Shown here: positions 8,439 through 17,616 of the stretch, one piece after another | How the letters are laid out: each line of letters starts with the position of its first letter | How positions within the stretch are numbered: the first letter of the stretch is position 1 | Source of the DNA: Saccharolobus solfataricus | GTDB taxonomy: Archaea > Thermoproteota > Thermoprotei_A > Sulfolobales > Sulfolobaceae | Length of the DNA stretch: 32,000 nucleotides | Direction: 5' to 3' | Assembly (NCBI RefSeq): GCF_900079115.1 | Contig: NZ_LT549890.1 | Span: forward strand, 330,001 to 362,000 | The notes under the pieces: generated by a model | What the model was told of the DNA's origin: nothing | The model's database searches: none | Seen by the model: the letters and a program-made list of their open reading frames with translations, nothing else | Translations under genes and position numbers: made by a program

Positions 8439-9632
8439 TTGGTTGTGAAAAAAACATTCGTTTTATCTACCTTGATATTAATTTCAGTTGTAGCGTTAGT
8501 GAGTACAGCAGTTTATACATCTGGTAACGTAACTTTTTACAGTCCTAGTGTAAATAATCAAATTTACTATGTTGGAAAATCAGTAACAATTGATGCTGTT
8601 GTTCCTCAACAATTTGCTGGTCAAGGAGCTGTTATAAACTTATTCTTCCCTAATTCAACGCTAGCTGCTAGTATTCCTACTACCGTTAATGCTACTGGTG
8701 GAATTTATGTGCCCAATGCTTATACATTTCCTCACGTAATAGGAATTTGGCAAATTACTGTTGAAGTTACTGGTGGTGTGGCTGTAGGTACAATTGACGT
8801 TAATGTTACAACTCCCGCAGTAGCTCCAATCATATTAACTCTACAAAACTTAGCTATGTATGAGAATACTTACCCACAGTTTATAGAGTTTGCTAATGGT
8901 ATCATAACTTCAGTGGTTATGCAAAACGGTACTGTGAACATAATGGGTTACGTCTATAATAGTACAGTAGGTCCATTATCTGGTGCTACTGTTTCCTTAA
9001 CTCTTAATATACCCACTGTTGGGACTAAAACGTTATCTACGACAACTGCTTCAAACGGGTCGTTCATGTTAAGTTTCCAAGTTCCTCAATTATCAACCAC
9101 TTTAACGCTAATATCTTCCTACTTGATCAGTGGTAGCTTAACGGTATCTTATGGAGTCCATACTGTAACTTATAACGTATTTATAACCGCAATTCCGAAC
9201 TATCTTAGTGTAATTAATGCGTTAAATAATGAAGTTAGTACGTTAAGGAGTGAGATCTCATCGTTAAATAGCACAATCGCTAGCTTAAATAAGAGTTTAG
9301 CTAATGCAAATACTCAGATATCCAATTTACAGAGTGAGATAACCACATTGAATAGCGAAATAGGAAAGTTAAACAGTACTGTAGGATCGCTAAGTACTCA
9401 ACTTAGCTCACTGTCTTCACAGTATAATACTTTGAGCAGTCAAGTTACTGCACTAAATGGTAAAATAAGCAATCTAAGTACAAGTCTCAGTACTTTAAAC
9501 GGAGAGGTTGCTAGCTTAAGGAGTACTGTTAGTAGTTTAACTACAATAGCCTATGGCGGAATTATAGCTGGCATAATAGGTCTAATTGTTGCAATAGTAG
9601 CCATAGTACTAGTAATGAGGAGAATAAGTTAA
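8439..9632 (+). CDS. slaB: small S-layer anchor protein SlaB
   Basis: 397 aa. It has an N-terminal signal/TM segment and a Thr/Val-rich beta domain. A long Ser/Leu/Asn coiled coil (aa 256-367, nt ~9204..9539; repeats such as LNSxIxSL) follows. A single C-terminal TM anchor (IAYGGIIAGIIGLIVAIVAIVLV) ends in MRRIS. Confidence 0.9.
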   Translation: MVVKKTFVLSTLILISVVALVSTAVYTSGNVTFYSPSVNNQIYYVGKSVTIDAVVPQQFAGQGAVINLFFPNSTLAASIPTTVNATGGIYVPNAYTFPHVIGIWQITVEVTGGVAVGTIDVNVTTPAVAPIILTLQNLAMYENTYPQFIEFANGIITSVVMQNGTVNIMGYVYNSTVGPLSGATVSLTLNIPTVGTKTLSTTTASNGSFMLSFQVPQLSTTLTLISSYLISGSLTVSYGVHTVTYNVFITAIPNYLSVINALNNEVSTLRSEISSLNSTIASLNKSLANANTQISNLQSEITTLNSEIGKLNSTVGSLSTQLSSLSSQYNTLSSQVTALNGKISNLSTSLSTLNGEVASLRSTVSSLTTIAYGGIIAGIIGLIVAIVAIVLVMRRIS

Positions 9633-9643
9633 GCTAATTATTG

Positions 9644-9672
9644 TTTTTTTTAATAAGAACTTTTTCTTTTTT
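9644..9672 (+). terminator. Oligo-T terminator region after slaB (T8 at 9644..9651, then TTTTTCTTTTTT)
   Basis: Two strong T-runs occur within 40 nt of the slaB stop codon. Confidence 0.55.
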
Positions 9673-9754
9673 CCAAACTCTGTTTCAATGCGTTCATTGC
9701 TTAAGGTGCTTTGTGGGTTTGATGAATTTTTCGCCAAGAGTTAAGAGGATTCAT

Positions 9755-9838
9755 AAACAGAAATTGAACATCTTGAGATTAATTGAAAGGAAGATATTGG
9801 TGATTTAATTTAAAAATATTCAACAGATCAACTAAGCA
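9755..9838 (+). repeat. Copy B of the ~84-nt intergenic element with conserved blocks (partner at 2897..2980)
   Basis: The sequence is aaacagaaattgaacatct, then 7 nt, AATTGAAAGGAAG, 18 nt, AAAAATATTCAACA, 4 nt and AACTAAGCA. Orientation and block spacing are the same as in copy A. Confidence 0.7.
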
Positions 9839-9855
9839 GCAGCTCATAGGGAAAA

Positions 9856-9865
9856 AAATAAATAC
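9856..9865 (+). promoter_or_regulatory. TATA-like element (AAATAAATAC) for tRNA-Gly
   Basis: It is centred about 30 nt upstream of tRNA position 1 (9892). Confidence 0.4.
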
Positions 9866-9891
9866 CTTCCCCATTCTCATTATTATAGAGT

Positions 9892-9973
<82 letters not shown>

Positions 9974-9984
9974 ATGTGATTGAG

Positions 9985-12168
9985 ATGTTTGAAAATTACT
10001 TCATGGATGCGGTAAAGGGTTATTATAGGCATTTAGCGATAATTGAATCTCAAGATCCTTTAGAGAAGATTAATTCATTAATTGATGACTATTTAAAGGT
10101 TAACAAGAAGCCAAGGGTTATATACGGCTTTCATCCTTGGCTCGACAATTCAAAAGATAGAATGAAAGAGCTGAAAAAGAGATTTGAAAACTTTCTCGAC
10201 ATAGATTACTCCAATTCAGAGAAATATCTTGGGCAAAGCGCGGATTTGGTAATATTAGACGCAATGGATGATTTTAGGCCTAACTACATTGCTAGATTCG
10301 TTGACATGACTAAGGGAGGAGGTATAGCGATAATCTACAGCGATAACATCCTAGAGGGTAAGTTGTATAAGAAGTCTTTGACCAGGTATGGTGTTGTTAA
10401 AGATCTGTTTGAAGCTAGGTTTATTGAACTGGCTAAGAGATATAGAGGGATCATTTTCTTTCAAGGAAATGATAGGATAACTTTTACACCGTATTCCTCA
10501 AATGAAACTCACAAACCATACAAGAAAATACCTAAAAGTCCTAAAGTTTCGATGGAGCTTCATGAGCTTTGTCTATCTTCTGACCAGAACAAGGTTCTTG
10601 AGGAATCCTTGTTCATTATGAATCTAGGGAAAAGAGTTTTAGTAATAACTGCAGCAAGGGGTAGGGGTAAGAGTGCATCCATAGGTTTGTTTTTGTCTTA
10701 TTTAATGAGTGAGGGAAATTTTGGTAGTATTATAGTAACTTCCCCAACGTACTATTCTTCACAAGAGATATTCAAATTCATAATTAGAGGGTTAGAAGCT
10801 CTAAATGTTAAGTATAAGGTAATCACATCAAGGGATGGTAAGATAATGAAGATATCTACAAGGGATTCCAGGGTAAAATGGGTTTCTCCGGACTTAGCTA
10901 AAAATGAGGAGGGTGATTTAATAGTTATAGATGAGGCAGCTGCTATGGGTATAGAGTTTTTAGACTATATCGTGAGATCTTGGGATAAGGTAATCTTGGT
11001 TACTACTATTCACGGTTATGAGGGTTCTGGGAAGGCATTTTTAAAGTACGTTGATAAACTGAAGGGTAAGGTTCTTTTGAAGAATATAAAGATGGATTAT
11101 CCTATTAGGTATGCTAAGGGTGATCCTATTGAGAAGTTCTTATTTGATGTATTCTTATTGGATGCTGAACCGCATGAAGTTGAATATAATGGTAAGTTGA
11201 AAATAGTTGAGGTTCCTCAAGAGGAATTGTTTCGAGATGATGATTTGCTTAAGAGCGTTTATGGAATATTGGTTACTGCTCATTATAGGAATTCCCCTGA
11301 TGATTTAATGCTTTTAGGCGATATGGCTTTCCAAAAGGTTATAGTAGGTTATTCATCTGAGAATCCTGTGGCAGTTTGTCAAGTTGTCTATGAGGGAGGT
11401 CTAACTGATAAGCAAATATGGGATATTTCCAATGGGTTAAAGAATGAGGGGCATTTGATTCCTCATAGGCTTATAAAGTACATGAGGGCTTTAGATTTCG
11501 GTAAGTTGAAGGGTTGGAGGATAATGAGGATTGCTGTTTCTCCGGAAAATCAAGGTAAGGGTATAGGGAGTAGAGTTATCGAAGAGGTTATTAAGATGGC
11601 GAAGGGAGTTGATTGGATTGGATCTTCATTTGTTGCAGATTACTCCGTTTTACGATTTTGGATAAAGAACGGATTTTTGCCGGTTTATTTATCCTCTATT
11701 AAGAATGAGGAACTTAATGGTTATTCGGTGATTGTGATTAAGGCTTTAAGCGAGAGAACTAAGGAGTTTGTTGTTAAACTTTCCAGTTTATTGAAGGATA
11801 AGCTATTGAGAACTTCTCATCAAGTCTATTATAATTTGAATCCTCAACTTATTGTTCTATTATTAAGGAATACTTACAGTGAAAGGATAGAGGGAGAGGT
11901 TCCAGATCTATATGTTGATAAGATTAAGGCTTATACTGAAGGTAAGGTTCCATATAATGTCATCGCTGAAGCTGCACATTTCTTAGTTACTAAACATTTT
12001 TTAGAACTTAAAGCCGATTTAAGTATAGAAGCCGAGGCTTCACTAGTAGCTAGAGTTTTACAAGGTAAAAGTTGGTATCATGCAGGTTTAATGTTAGGTT
12101 TGAGTAGTAGGGAAGTTGAAGATAATGTTAAGCAGAGTTTAGGGGTTTTGTTAGAAACTTATACTTAG
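9985..12168 (+). CDS. tmcA: TmcA/Nat10-family RNA cytidine N4-acetyltransferase (helicase-like ATPase plus GNAT)
   Basis: Walker A is [14 protein letters not shown], Walker B is [11 protein letters not shown], and the GNAT acetyl-CoA motif is [23 protein letters not shown]. The track ORF begins inside tRNA-Gly, so I set the start at the first ATG after the tRNA (9985, [10 protein letters not shown]...). Confidence 0.85.
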
Positions 12169-12798
12169 TGGACTTTCTCTCTCTGTATAGATGGTATGTA
12201 TATGTTATGGAATCACTTTACTTTGCAGTAGTTTTCCAAAGGTATGAAGAAGGGATTGTTATCTTTTATCATCTTGTAAAATAGCTAAATTGAAGATTTT
12301 TTATCATTTTCTTTTAACTAAACACTTTTTGATGCAAAATTTACTAACTAAATAGACTATAAACATGTTTTCGTTGCTGTAATACGGGACGGGAAAATGA
12401 AGAAAGAAAAGAGCAGTTTTGAAGTGGAGATACAATTACGCTAGAGAAACGATAAGTATCACACCTATTGATCGGAAACGATAAACGGTTAGGCGAAGGA
12501 AATTTACGTTGTTCTTCAATGGCGTTATTTGGTTATATGTAAATTAGAAATGGAATCGAGGGTAAGGTTAGCTGTTTTCCCTATACTTTAATTTAAATCA
12601 TTTTATGCTCTATCACGTTAGTCTCAACCATAAGGTAAGTTATAAGGCTCCTTTGAGCTTAACGGCATAAGGTTCACTTTTCTGTTTTTCTCCTCAGTTA
12701 ATTTACATAGAATTCCTTGGGAACATCACTCCCGTCGAACCGGAATTATAGAGAACTAGTAATAAGAAAAATCAATATAAAAAGGGTTAAACGCTTAG

Positions 12799-12883
12799 CG
12801 CCGGGGGCGGGATTTGAACCCGCGCAGGCTAGACACCTACTGGCTCTCAAGGCCAGCCCCTTGGACCACTCGGGCACCCCGGC
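12799..12883 (-). tRNA. tRNA-Ser (anticodon UGA), class II with long variable arm
   Basis: Read on the minus strand. Acceptor GCCGGGG/CCCCGGC. Discriminator G. Anticodon stem CTGGC/GCCAG with loop CTTGAGA. Variable arm of about 16 nt. T arm GCGGG-TTCAAAT-CCCGC. No CCA and no intron. Confidence 0.85.
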
Positions 12884-12907
12884 AAATTATAGTTTAACAC
12901 TATAGCT

Positions 12908-13468
12908 TTAATCTTTAACTATTGTTATTAAGGAATATCCTTTTTTTCTCTTTATGGATTCAATTTTAAATCTTTTACTGAATATTTTCTCTATATTTTC
13001 TTCACCCTTATATGCTATCAACTGTATGAATCCCTTTTCAACTAATCTATCATAGGCTTCGGCTTCAAGCTTCTTTAGAAAATCTACTCCTTTAGAAAGA
13101 GGAGGGTTAGAATAAATTGCGGTAAATTTAACGTCGATAGGAATGTTATCAAAGATATCTGATTTCACTATTATTGTCCTATTTTCAACCCCATTAAGTT
13201 TTGCATTTTTCTTAGCCAGCTTAATTGCAATGTAGTTGACATCTACCATGTAGACCTTAAGGTTAGGATTTTTCAATGCTAGGTAGATTCCTATGGGTCC
13301 GTAGCCACAACCAACGTCTGCTACAGTTCCGTTTTCCGCTACTTTTATGTTTTCCAAAAGTATCCTTGTTCCCAAATCTAGTTCCTTTTTTGAAAATATC
13401 CCCGGTGAGGATAGAAGGGTTAGAGGTATACCGTTAATTACTTCAAAAATTATGTACTCATGACTCAT
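12908..13468 (-). CDS. class I SAM-dependent methyltransferase (small 'MTS' RsmC/RlmG-like domain)
   Basis: 186 aa. Motif I is VADVGCGYGPIG and motif IV is YSNPPL (an NPPY-type amino-group methylase motif). Its start overlaps the cbf5 stop by 11 nt, so it is probably co-translated in the rpl14e-cbf5 operon. Confidence 0.7.
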   Translation of the reverse strand: MSHEYIIFEVINGIPLTLLSSPGIFSKKELDLGTRILLENIKVAENGTVADVGCGYGPIGIYLALKNPNLKVYMVDVNYIAIKLAKKNAKLNGVENRTIIVKSDIFDNIPIDVKFTAIYSNPPLSKGVDFLKKLEAEAYDRLVEKGFIQLIAYKGEENIEKIFSKRFKIESIKRKKGYSLITIVKD

Positions 13469-14499
13469 GTTTTTTCCATGCTTTTGGATATATATCTCTC
13501 TGCATAAAAACTCTACTTAAGTTGACTACTATTCCCTTTTTTGCGTTTTCCAATTCTTCGCTGTCCATTAGTGCGTTGCCTGTCGCTACTAATTCCCCTT
13601 TAAGCGTTAATACTGCGACTGTATCGTTCTTTTTAAAGTTCTGATAAGCTACTACTCCAGGTACTGCTAGTTGCGCACCATAAGCTAATGCGTTTACAGC
13701 TGAGTCTTCTATTACAATTTTTGGAATTTCACAAGTTGCGAATTCCATTGGTATAAGTACTCTTCTTAGTTCTGTTTCGTCTTTGCAGTTCTTGTATAAG
13801 TATATTGCTTCAGAAAGTTCGTGTAATTTCACTAGATTTGTGGATTCTGTGAAAATCCCGGATCTAGTTCTTCTTAGCTCTCTCATATGAGCTCCACAAC
13901 CGTAAATTATTCCTATATCATGACATAATTTTCTCATGTACGTCCCGGAGTCACAGTTTACTCTAAGTAATACTAACTTCTTGTCCATGTCTAGAATTTC
14001 TATATCATATATTCTTCTAATTCTTAGTCTCCTTTTGACTGATGATCTAACTGGTGGTCGTTGGTATATTTCTCCTTTAAATGAACTTATTATCTTTGCC
14101 AATTCCTCTTTATTGTATTCACAGTGAACTTGCATTACACATACGTACTCTTTTCCTCCTTTACTTATATAGTTCATTATTTTAGTTGCGTTCTCTATTC
14201 CTATTGGTAACACACCGGTAACTTTAGGATTACCCCGCCCAATGAATGGGCTCTAGGGTCCCCCCATGTCCTGCTTTGGTAACGTTTAACATCTTTTTAA
14301 CCCAATACGCTACTTCATGGCTCGTGGGCCCTGGAGGTTTATCAAGGTTTATTATTGAGTTTTTGATATGTATCTCTATTGGTCTTTTTTCTGGATAATA
14401 TCCGTATTTATCTGATGTTTCACTATCCTTCCTTATCTTCCATTCATTTTTATATCCACAAAAATTATCTATTTTGTAAATAAAATCATTTAAAATCAT
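13458..14499 (-). CDS. cbf5: H/ACA RNP pseudouridine synthase Cbf5 (TruB family plus PUA). Two exons: 14499..14253 and 14230..13458. The spliced product is 339 aa
   Basis: The upstream ORF ends ...KAGHGGTL-EPIHWAG*. The downstream frame reads PKVTGVLPIGIENATK... Removing 22 nt restores GHGGTLDPKVTGVLPIG, which carries the TruB/Cbf5 catalytic Asp. The C-terminal PUA-like region is AVNALAYGAQLAVPGV. Confidence 0.85.
14231..14252 (-). other. 22-nt bulge-helix-bulge intron in the cbf5 pre-mRNA (a substrate of the tRNA-splicing endonuclease type)
   Basis: The minus-strand RNA is GGGA-CCCU-[AGA]-GCCCA-UUCAU-UGGGC-GGGG-[UAA]-UCCU. The outer helix is GGGA/UCCU and the central 4-bp helix is CCCU/GGGG. 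There are two 3-nt bulges and an inner hairpin. Cutting after the second nucleotide of each bulge gives CUA G|AU CCU, which is in frame. Confidence 0.8.
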
Positions 14500-14504
14500 C
14501 TAAA

Positions 14505-14795
14505 TCACAATGTTGGCATCCTAATCTTTATTTTCTCCTTCATGTACTCTGTTAAGTTGGACTCCTCTAATTTCTTCTTTACTTCCTCATCCGAAGCTCC
14601 TTTCTGTATATCAATTTTCTTATCAGTTGGTTCTAAGTGAAGAATGTTAACCCTTCTTCTCTTAACGCCAGTTATGTCTTTTGGTCCGGTGACTAATACG
14701 AAATTGTCATCTATTATGTCTACTATTACGCATTTGCTTCCAGCTTCTCTTCCTTTTACTTTTACACAAATTCTTCCAACTTCTATTGCGGGCAT
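14505..14795 (-). CDS. rpl14e: 50S ribosomal protein L14e (eL14), KOW motif
   Basis: 96 aa, starting [39 protein letters not shown]... Confidence 0.9.
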   Translation of the reverse strand: MPAIEVGRICVKVKGREAGSKCVIVDIIDDNFVLVTGPKDITGVKRRRVNILHLEPTDKKIDIQKGASDEEVKKKLEESNLTEYMKEKIKIRMPTL

Positions 14796-14835
14796 TTTAA
14801 TCTCACAAAAACTTTTAAGAGGCTTAAATTTAAGA

Positions 14836-17577
14836 TTAGTGCCAGTATTTTCTTGTTCTTATAAATCTTTTCTCTTCATCTATTAAGGCCATGTAAAACT
14901 CATTTTCTCCTTCATTTAATTTACTCAATACTTTGCCTAAATTACTTGGTCCAACTCCATTAGTTGCTAATGCTATTAGGCTGTACTTACCGTAATCTGG
15001 GAAGAAGGAGGCAACTCTCTTCAAGTCTTCTAACTGTCTTCTCTCCTTACTTGTTAATTTCTCACCTTTTATTGCTTTTCTCACTATCTTCACGGAATCG
15101 CTATCATCTGGATTAGTTGCAGTTAAGAAAATTGAGGAACATTTGGGGCATTTGCTAGGTGAGTTAATTATAGAGTATTTTCCCTCCCACCCACATGAGA
15201 GACAGATTAATTTCAGCTCCTTGTTTTCTAATCTCTTTTTGAAAATTTCAATCATTAATGGTTTTTCTTCTTTATCGAACGAGGTGTAGTTAAGGATTTT
15301 ATCTAGAAATTGTTTAGCTAAGGGGGACGCTTCGTAAACCTCTACTATTTTCCAGTTGTAATTCTTGAGTTCCTTTATTATTTCTACATCATAATTTTTG
15401 ACTAATAATTCCTTAACTGCTTCTTCTCCAATTATTGTATCTCCATAAGCCTTTATAATGGATGAGGTAAGCGTTATTTCCTTTTCTGGGTCTATCATCC
15501 CAAACCTCTTTATCTCAACCAATAATTTCCACTTGAATTGCGGACTTTCTTTAATTCCCTTCTTTAATATTTCAATTATTCTGTCTATAGGAGTAGAATT
15601 TAGCGTAGAGACAATTTTTTCCATATCATTTTTAGTTATTGGCAGTACAGAAGATATTGCGATGTGATATGGATCAGCCCTATAAGTCGTTTTGGTCTGT
15701 TTTTCTACGTCTAACATAACTGAAATTATGGCACCAAGCGTGTTGTTTCCTCTTGAGCCGAATGGTGAATGCACTATTATTAAATTATTCTTTACTATTT
15801 CAACAAGGATTAGATCTGGTCTTAGTTCTGGATATCCTCTTTTCATGTATTCTCTAACTACTTCAGCTAAGCTATTATCTTCAGTTTCCCTTTTTTCCTT
15901 CTCCACTGCGTAAATATACTCGTAGACTTTCCTAGCTATCTCTTTCTCAACTGGAATTGATTCTCCGAACCAACTAGGCAATATTCCGTTTTTTAGCTCA
16001 GCCCTTTCCACAAATATTCTGTCGTTCTCTATGGATACGACTTTCCATAGTCTACTTCCTAAAATGAATACACTATCTTCATCTAGTGTGACTACGAAAT
16101 CTTCGTCTAAGGTACCTATTTTCATGTTGGTAGCATGGTCAATTACTATATAACTTCTAATGGAATCTGGTATCATATTAGTAGTGTAATAATATTTCCA
16201 AATTCTTCTACTTGGAAATAAGCTTCCGTCTTCTCTTCTTTTAACTATTTTTGCGCTCTCTAATAATTCTATAACGTTTTCGAACATCTCATCGGTGAAG
16301 TTCTCGAAATAAAATGAATTGCGAAGAATCTCCATCATTTCTTTAGGGTTTTTATAACCTTCTAAAACCATTCCCGCTATTTCATGTGCTGCAACGTCAA
16401 GTGGGTTTTCTTCAAACAGGGGTTTTTCCAAATAACCAGAATATAATGCTTCAATTATTGCTCTGCACTCTAAAATATCGAAAAGGTCCTCTGAGGGTAT
16501 AACGTAACCTATAGACGTTCTACCTATTTTATGTCCACTTCTTCCGACTCTTTGAATTAACCTAATTACTTGTCTCGGTGACATGTATTGGACAACTAGA
16601 TTAATTCTACCGATATCAATACCCAATTCTAAGCTCGAGGTTGCGACTATAGCGTCTATATTACCGTTTTTGAAGTCGTTTTCAGTTTTTATTCTAATTT
16701 CTCTTGATAATGAGCCGTGATGAGAAGCTATTTTTAAGGAATAGTTACTCATGAGTTGGTTTGCTATGAATTCGCTAGTTTCCCTAGTATTTGTAAATAT
16801 TATAATAGGTTTGTTGTTTTTTATAATTTCGTTAAGTTTCTCAAGTCTCGCAATTGTATCTGGTCTTAATCCCAACTTTACTGCTAAATCCGCATCTTTC
16901 TTTTCAACCTTAGGGAGTATTAAATCCACTTTTATATCCTTTATTGCGTTGATATTCGCTATTTCGACCTCTCCCTCTCTATCTAAGTACCTTTTTGCTA
17001 TTTCAACATCACCAATAGTAGCTGAAATTCCTATTAATTGAATTTTATTTCTTGTTGCTATTTTTTTGATCCTTTGGATTAGTACAGAGAGTTCTATTCC
17101 TCTTTTCTCATCTAACATTTCTTGTAATTCATCTATTATTATCCATTTCAGATTGGTAAAGTACTTCCTAAAAGTATCGTTTAGCACTAAGTAAAGTAAC
17201 GTTTCTGGCGTTACTAATAATACGTCAGGAGGGTTATCCAAAATTTCCTTCCTTTCTTTCTGAGAGGAATCTCCGTGTCTTACGTTAACACTAATATTAA
17301 AGGCTTCACCTAGCCTTCTTAACCTTAACTCAAGGTCTCTATTTAGCGCTCTTAAGGGAGTTATATAGAGTGTTGAGATTTTTTCAGGTTTATCTTTAAA
17401 GATAGTATAAAAAATTGGTAATATCGCTGCCTCAGTTTTGCCATACCCCGTTGGTGCTATGATTAAAACATTCTTTCCAGATAGTACTTTTGGTATTGCT
17501 ATTTTTTGGATTGGCGTTAAATCTTCATAGCCAAGTTTCTTCAGTCTTACCAAGAATTCATTGGTTACATTTATCAT
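14836..17577 (-). CDS. Lhr-type superfamily-2 ATP-dependent helicase with a C-terminal DEAD/H-associated region and zinc ribbon
   Basis: 913 aa. Motif I is [11 protein letters not shown] and motif II is IIDELQEM (Q where DExH helicases have H). Other motifs: [18 protein letters not shown], and motif [11 protein letters not shown] late CxxC...CxxC is present (CLSCGWEG...CPKCSS). Confidence 0.85.
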   Translation of the reverse strand: MINVTNEFLVRLKKLGYEDLTPIQKIAIPKVLSGKNVLIIAPTGYGKTEAAILPIFYTIFKDKPEKISTLYITPLRALNRDLELRLRRLGEAFNISVNVRHGDSSQKERKEILDNPPDVLLVTPETLLYLVLNDTFRKYFTNLKWIIIDELQEMLDEKRGIELSVLIQRIKKIATRNKIQLIGISATIGDVEIAKRYLDREGEVEIANINAIKDIKVDLILPKVEKKDADLAVKLGLRPDTIARLEKLNEIIKNNKPIIIFTNTRETSEFIANQLMSNYSLKIASHHGSLSREIRIKTENDFKNGNIDAIVATSSLELGIDIGRINLVVQYMSPRQVIRLIQRVGRSGHKIGRTSIGYVIPSEDLFDILECRAIIEALYSGYLEKPLFEENPLDVAAHEIAGMVLEGYKNPKEMMEILRNSFYFENFTDEMFENVIELLESAKIVKRREDGSLFPSRRIWKYYYTTNMIPDSIRSYIVIDHATNMKIGTLDEDFVVTLDEDSVFILGSRLWKVVSIENDRIFVERAELKNGILPSWFGESIPVEKEIARKVYEYIYAVEKEKRETEDNSLAEVVREYMKRGYPELRPDLILVEIVKNNLIIVHSPFGSRGNNTLGAIISVMLDVEKQTKTTYRADPYHIAISSVLPITKNDMEKIVSTLNSTPIDRIIEILKKGIKESPQFKWKLLVEIKRFGMIDPEKEITLTSSIIKAYGDTIIGEEAVKELLVKNYDVEIIKELKNYNWKIVEVYEASPLAKQFLDKILNYTSFDKEEKPLMIEIFKKRLENKELKLICLSCGWEGKYSIINSPSKCPKCSSIFLTATNPDDSDSVKIVRKAIKGEKLTSKERRQLEDLKRVASFFPDYGKYSLIALATNGVGPSNLGKVLSKLNEGENEFYMALIDEEKRFIRTRKYWH

Positions 17578-17609
17578 TACTTTGGCAATAATGTAATACT
17601 AAAGAGGAG

Positions 17610-17616
17610 TATATAA
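17610..17616. promoter_or_regulatory. Palindromic TATATAA in the 39-bp divergent region between the helicase and ATPase genes
   Basis: It is about 33 nt upstream of the helicase ATG (17577, minus strand), which fits that gene. It abuts the ATPase ATG (17617), so the ATPase must use a different promoter or a downstream start. Confidence 0.3.

Noticed and set aside
9719-9780. Possible C/D-box sRNA (TGATGA at 9720..9725)
   Set aside because: There is no CUGA D or D' box at the required ~12-nt guide spacing, no terminal stem, and the C-box-like hexamer is not preceded by a purine. The TGATGA on the minus strand of copy A (2917..2922) is not conserved in copy B.
12169-12716. Mini-ORFs in the large gap (for example MKKGLLSFIIL and MKKEKSSFEVEIQLR)
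   Set aside because: At 11 to 18 codons with no Shine-Dalgarno or TATA context that I could support, they are indistinguishable from chance in AT-rich DNA. They are mentioned only within the gap finding.
12717-12905. 62-aa plus-strand ORF
   Set aside because: It is the antisense reading of tRNA-Ser (12799..12883), a GC-rich segment that happens to lack stop codons.
13458-14499. cbf5 as a frameshifted pseudogene or as two independent genes
   Set aside because: The interruption is exactly 22 nt, folds into a canonical bulge-helix-bulge motif and restores the catalytic GTLDP motif when removed. Both halves are otherwise intact.
15458-17041. Plus-strand ORFs 15458..15667, 15692..15913 and 16751..17041 (also 14644..14886 and 13936..14127)
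   Set aside because: They are antisense shadows of the Lhr helicase, rpl14e and cbf5 genes. They are Ser/Phe/Ile-rich low-complexity translations.
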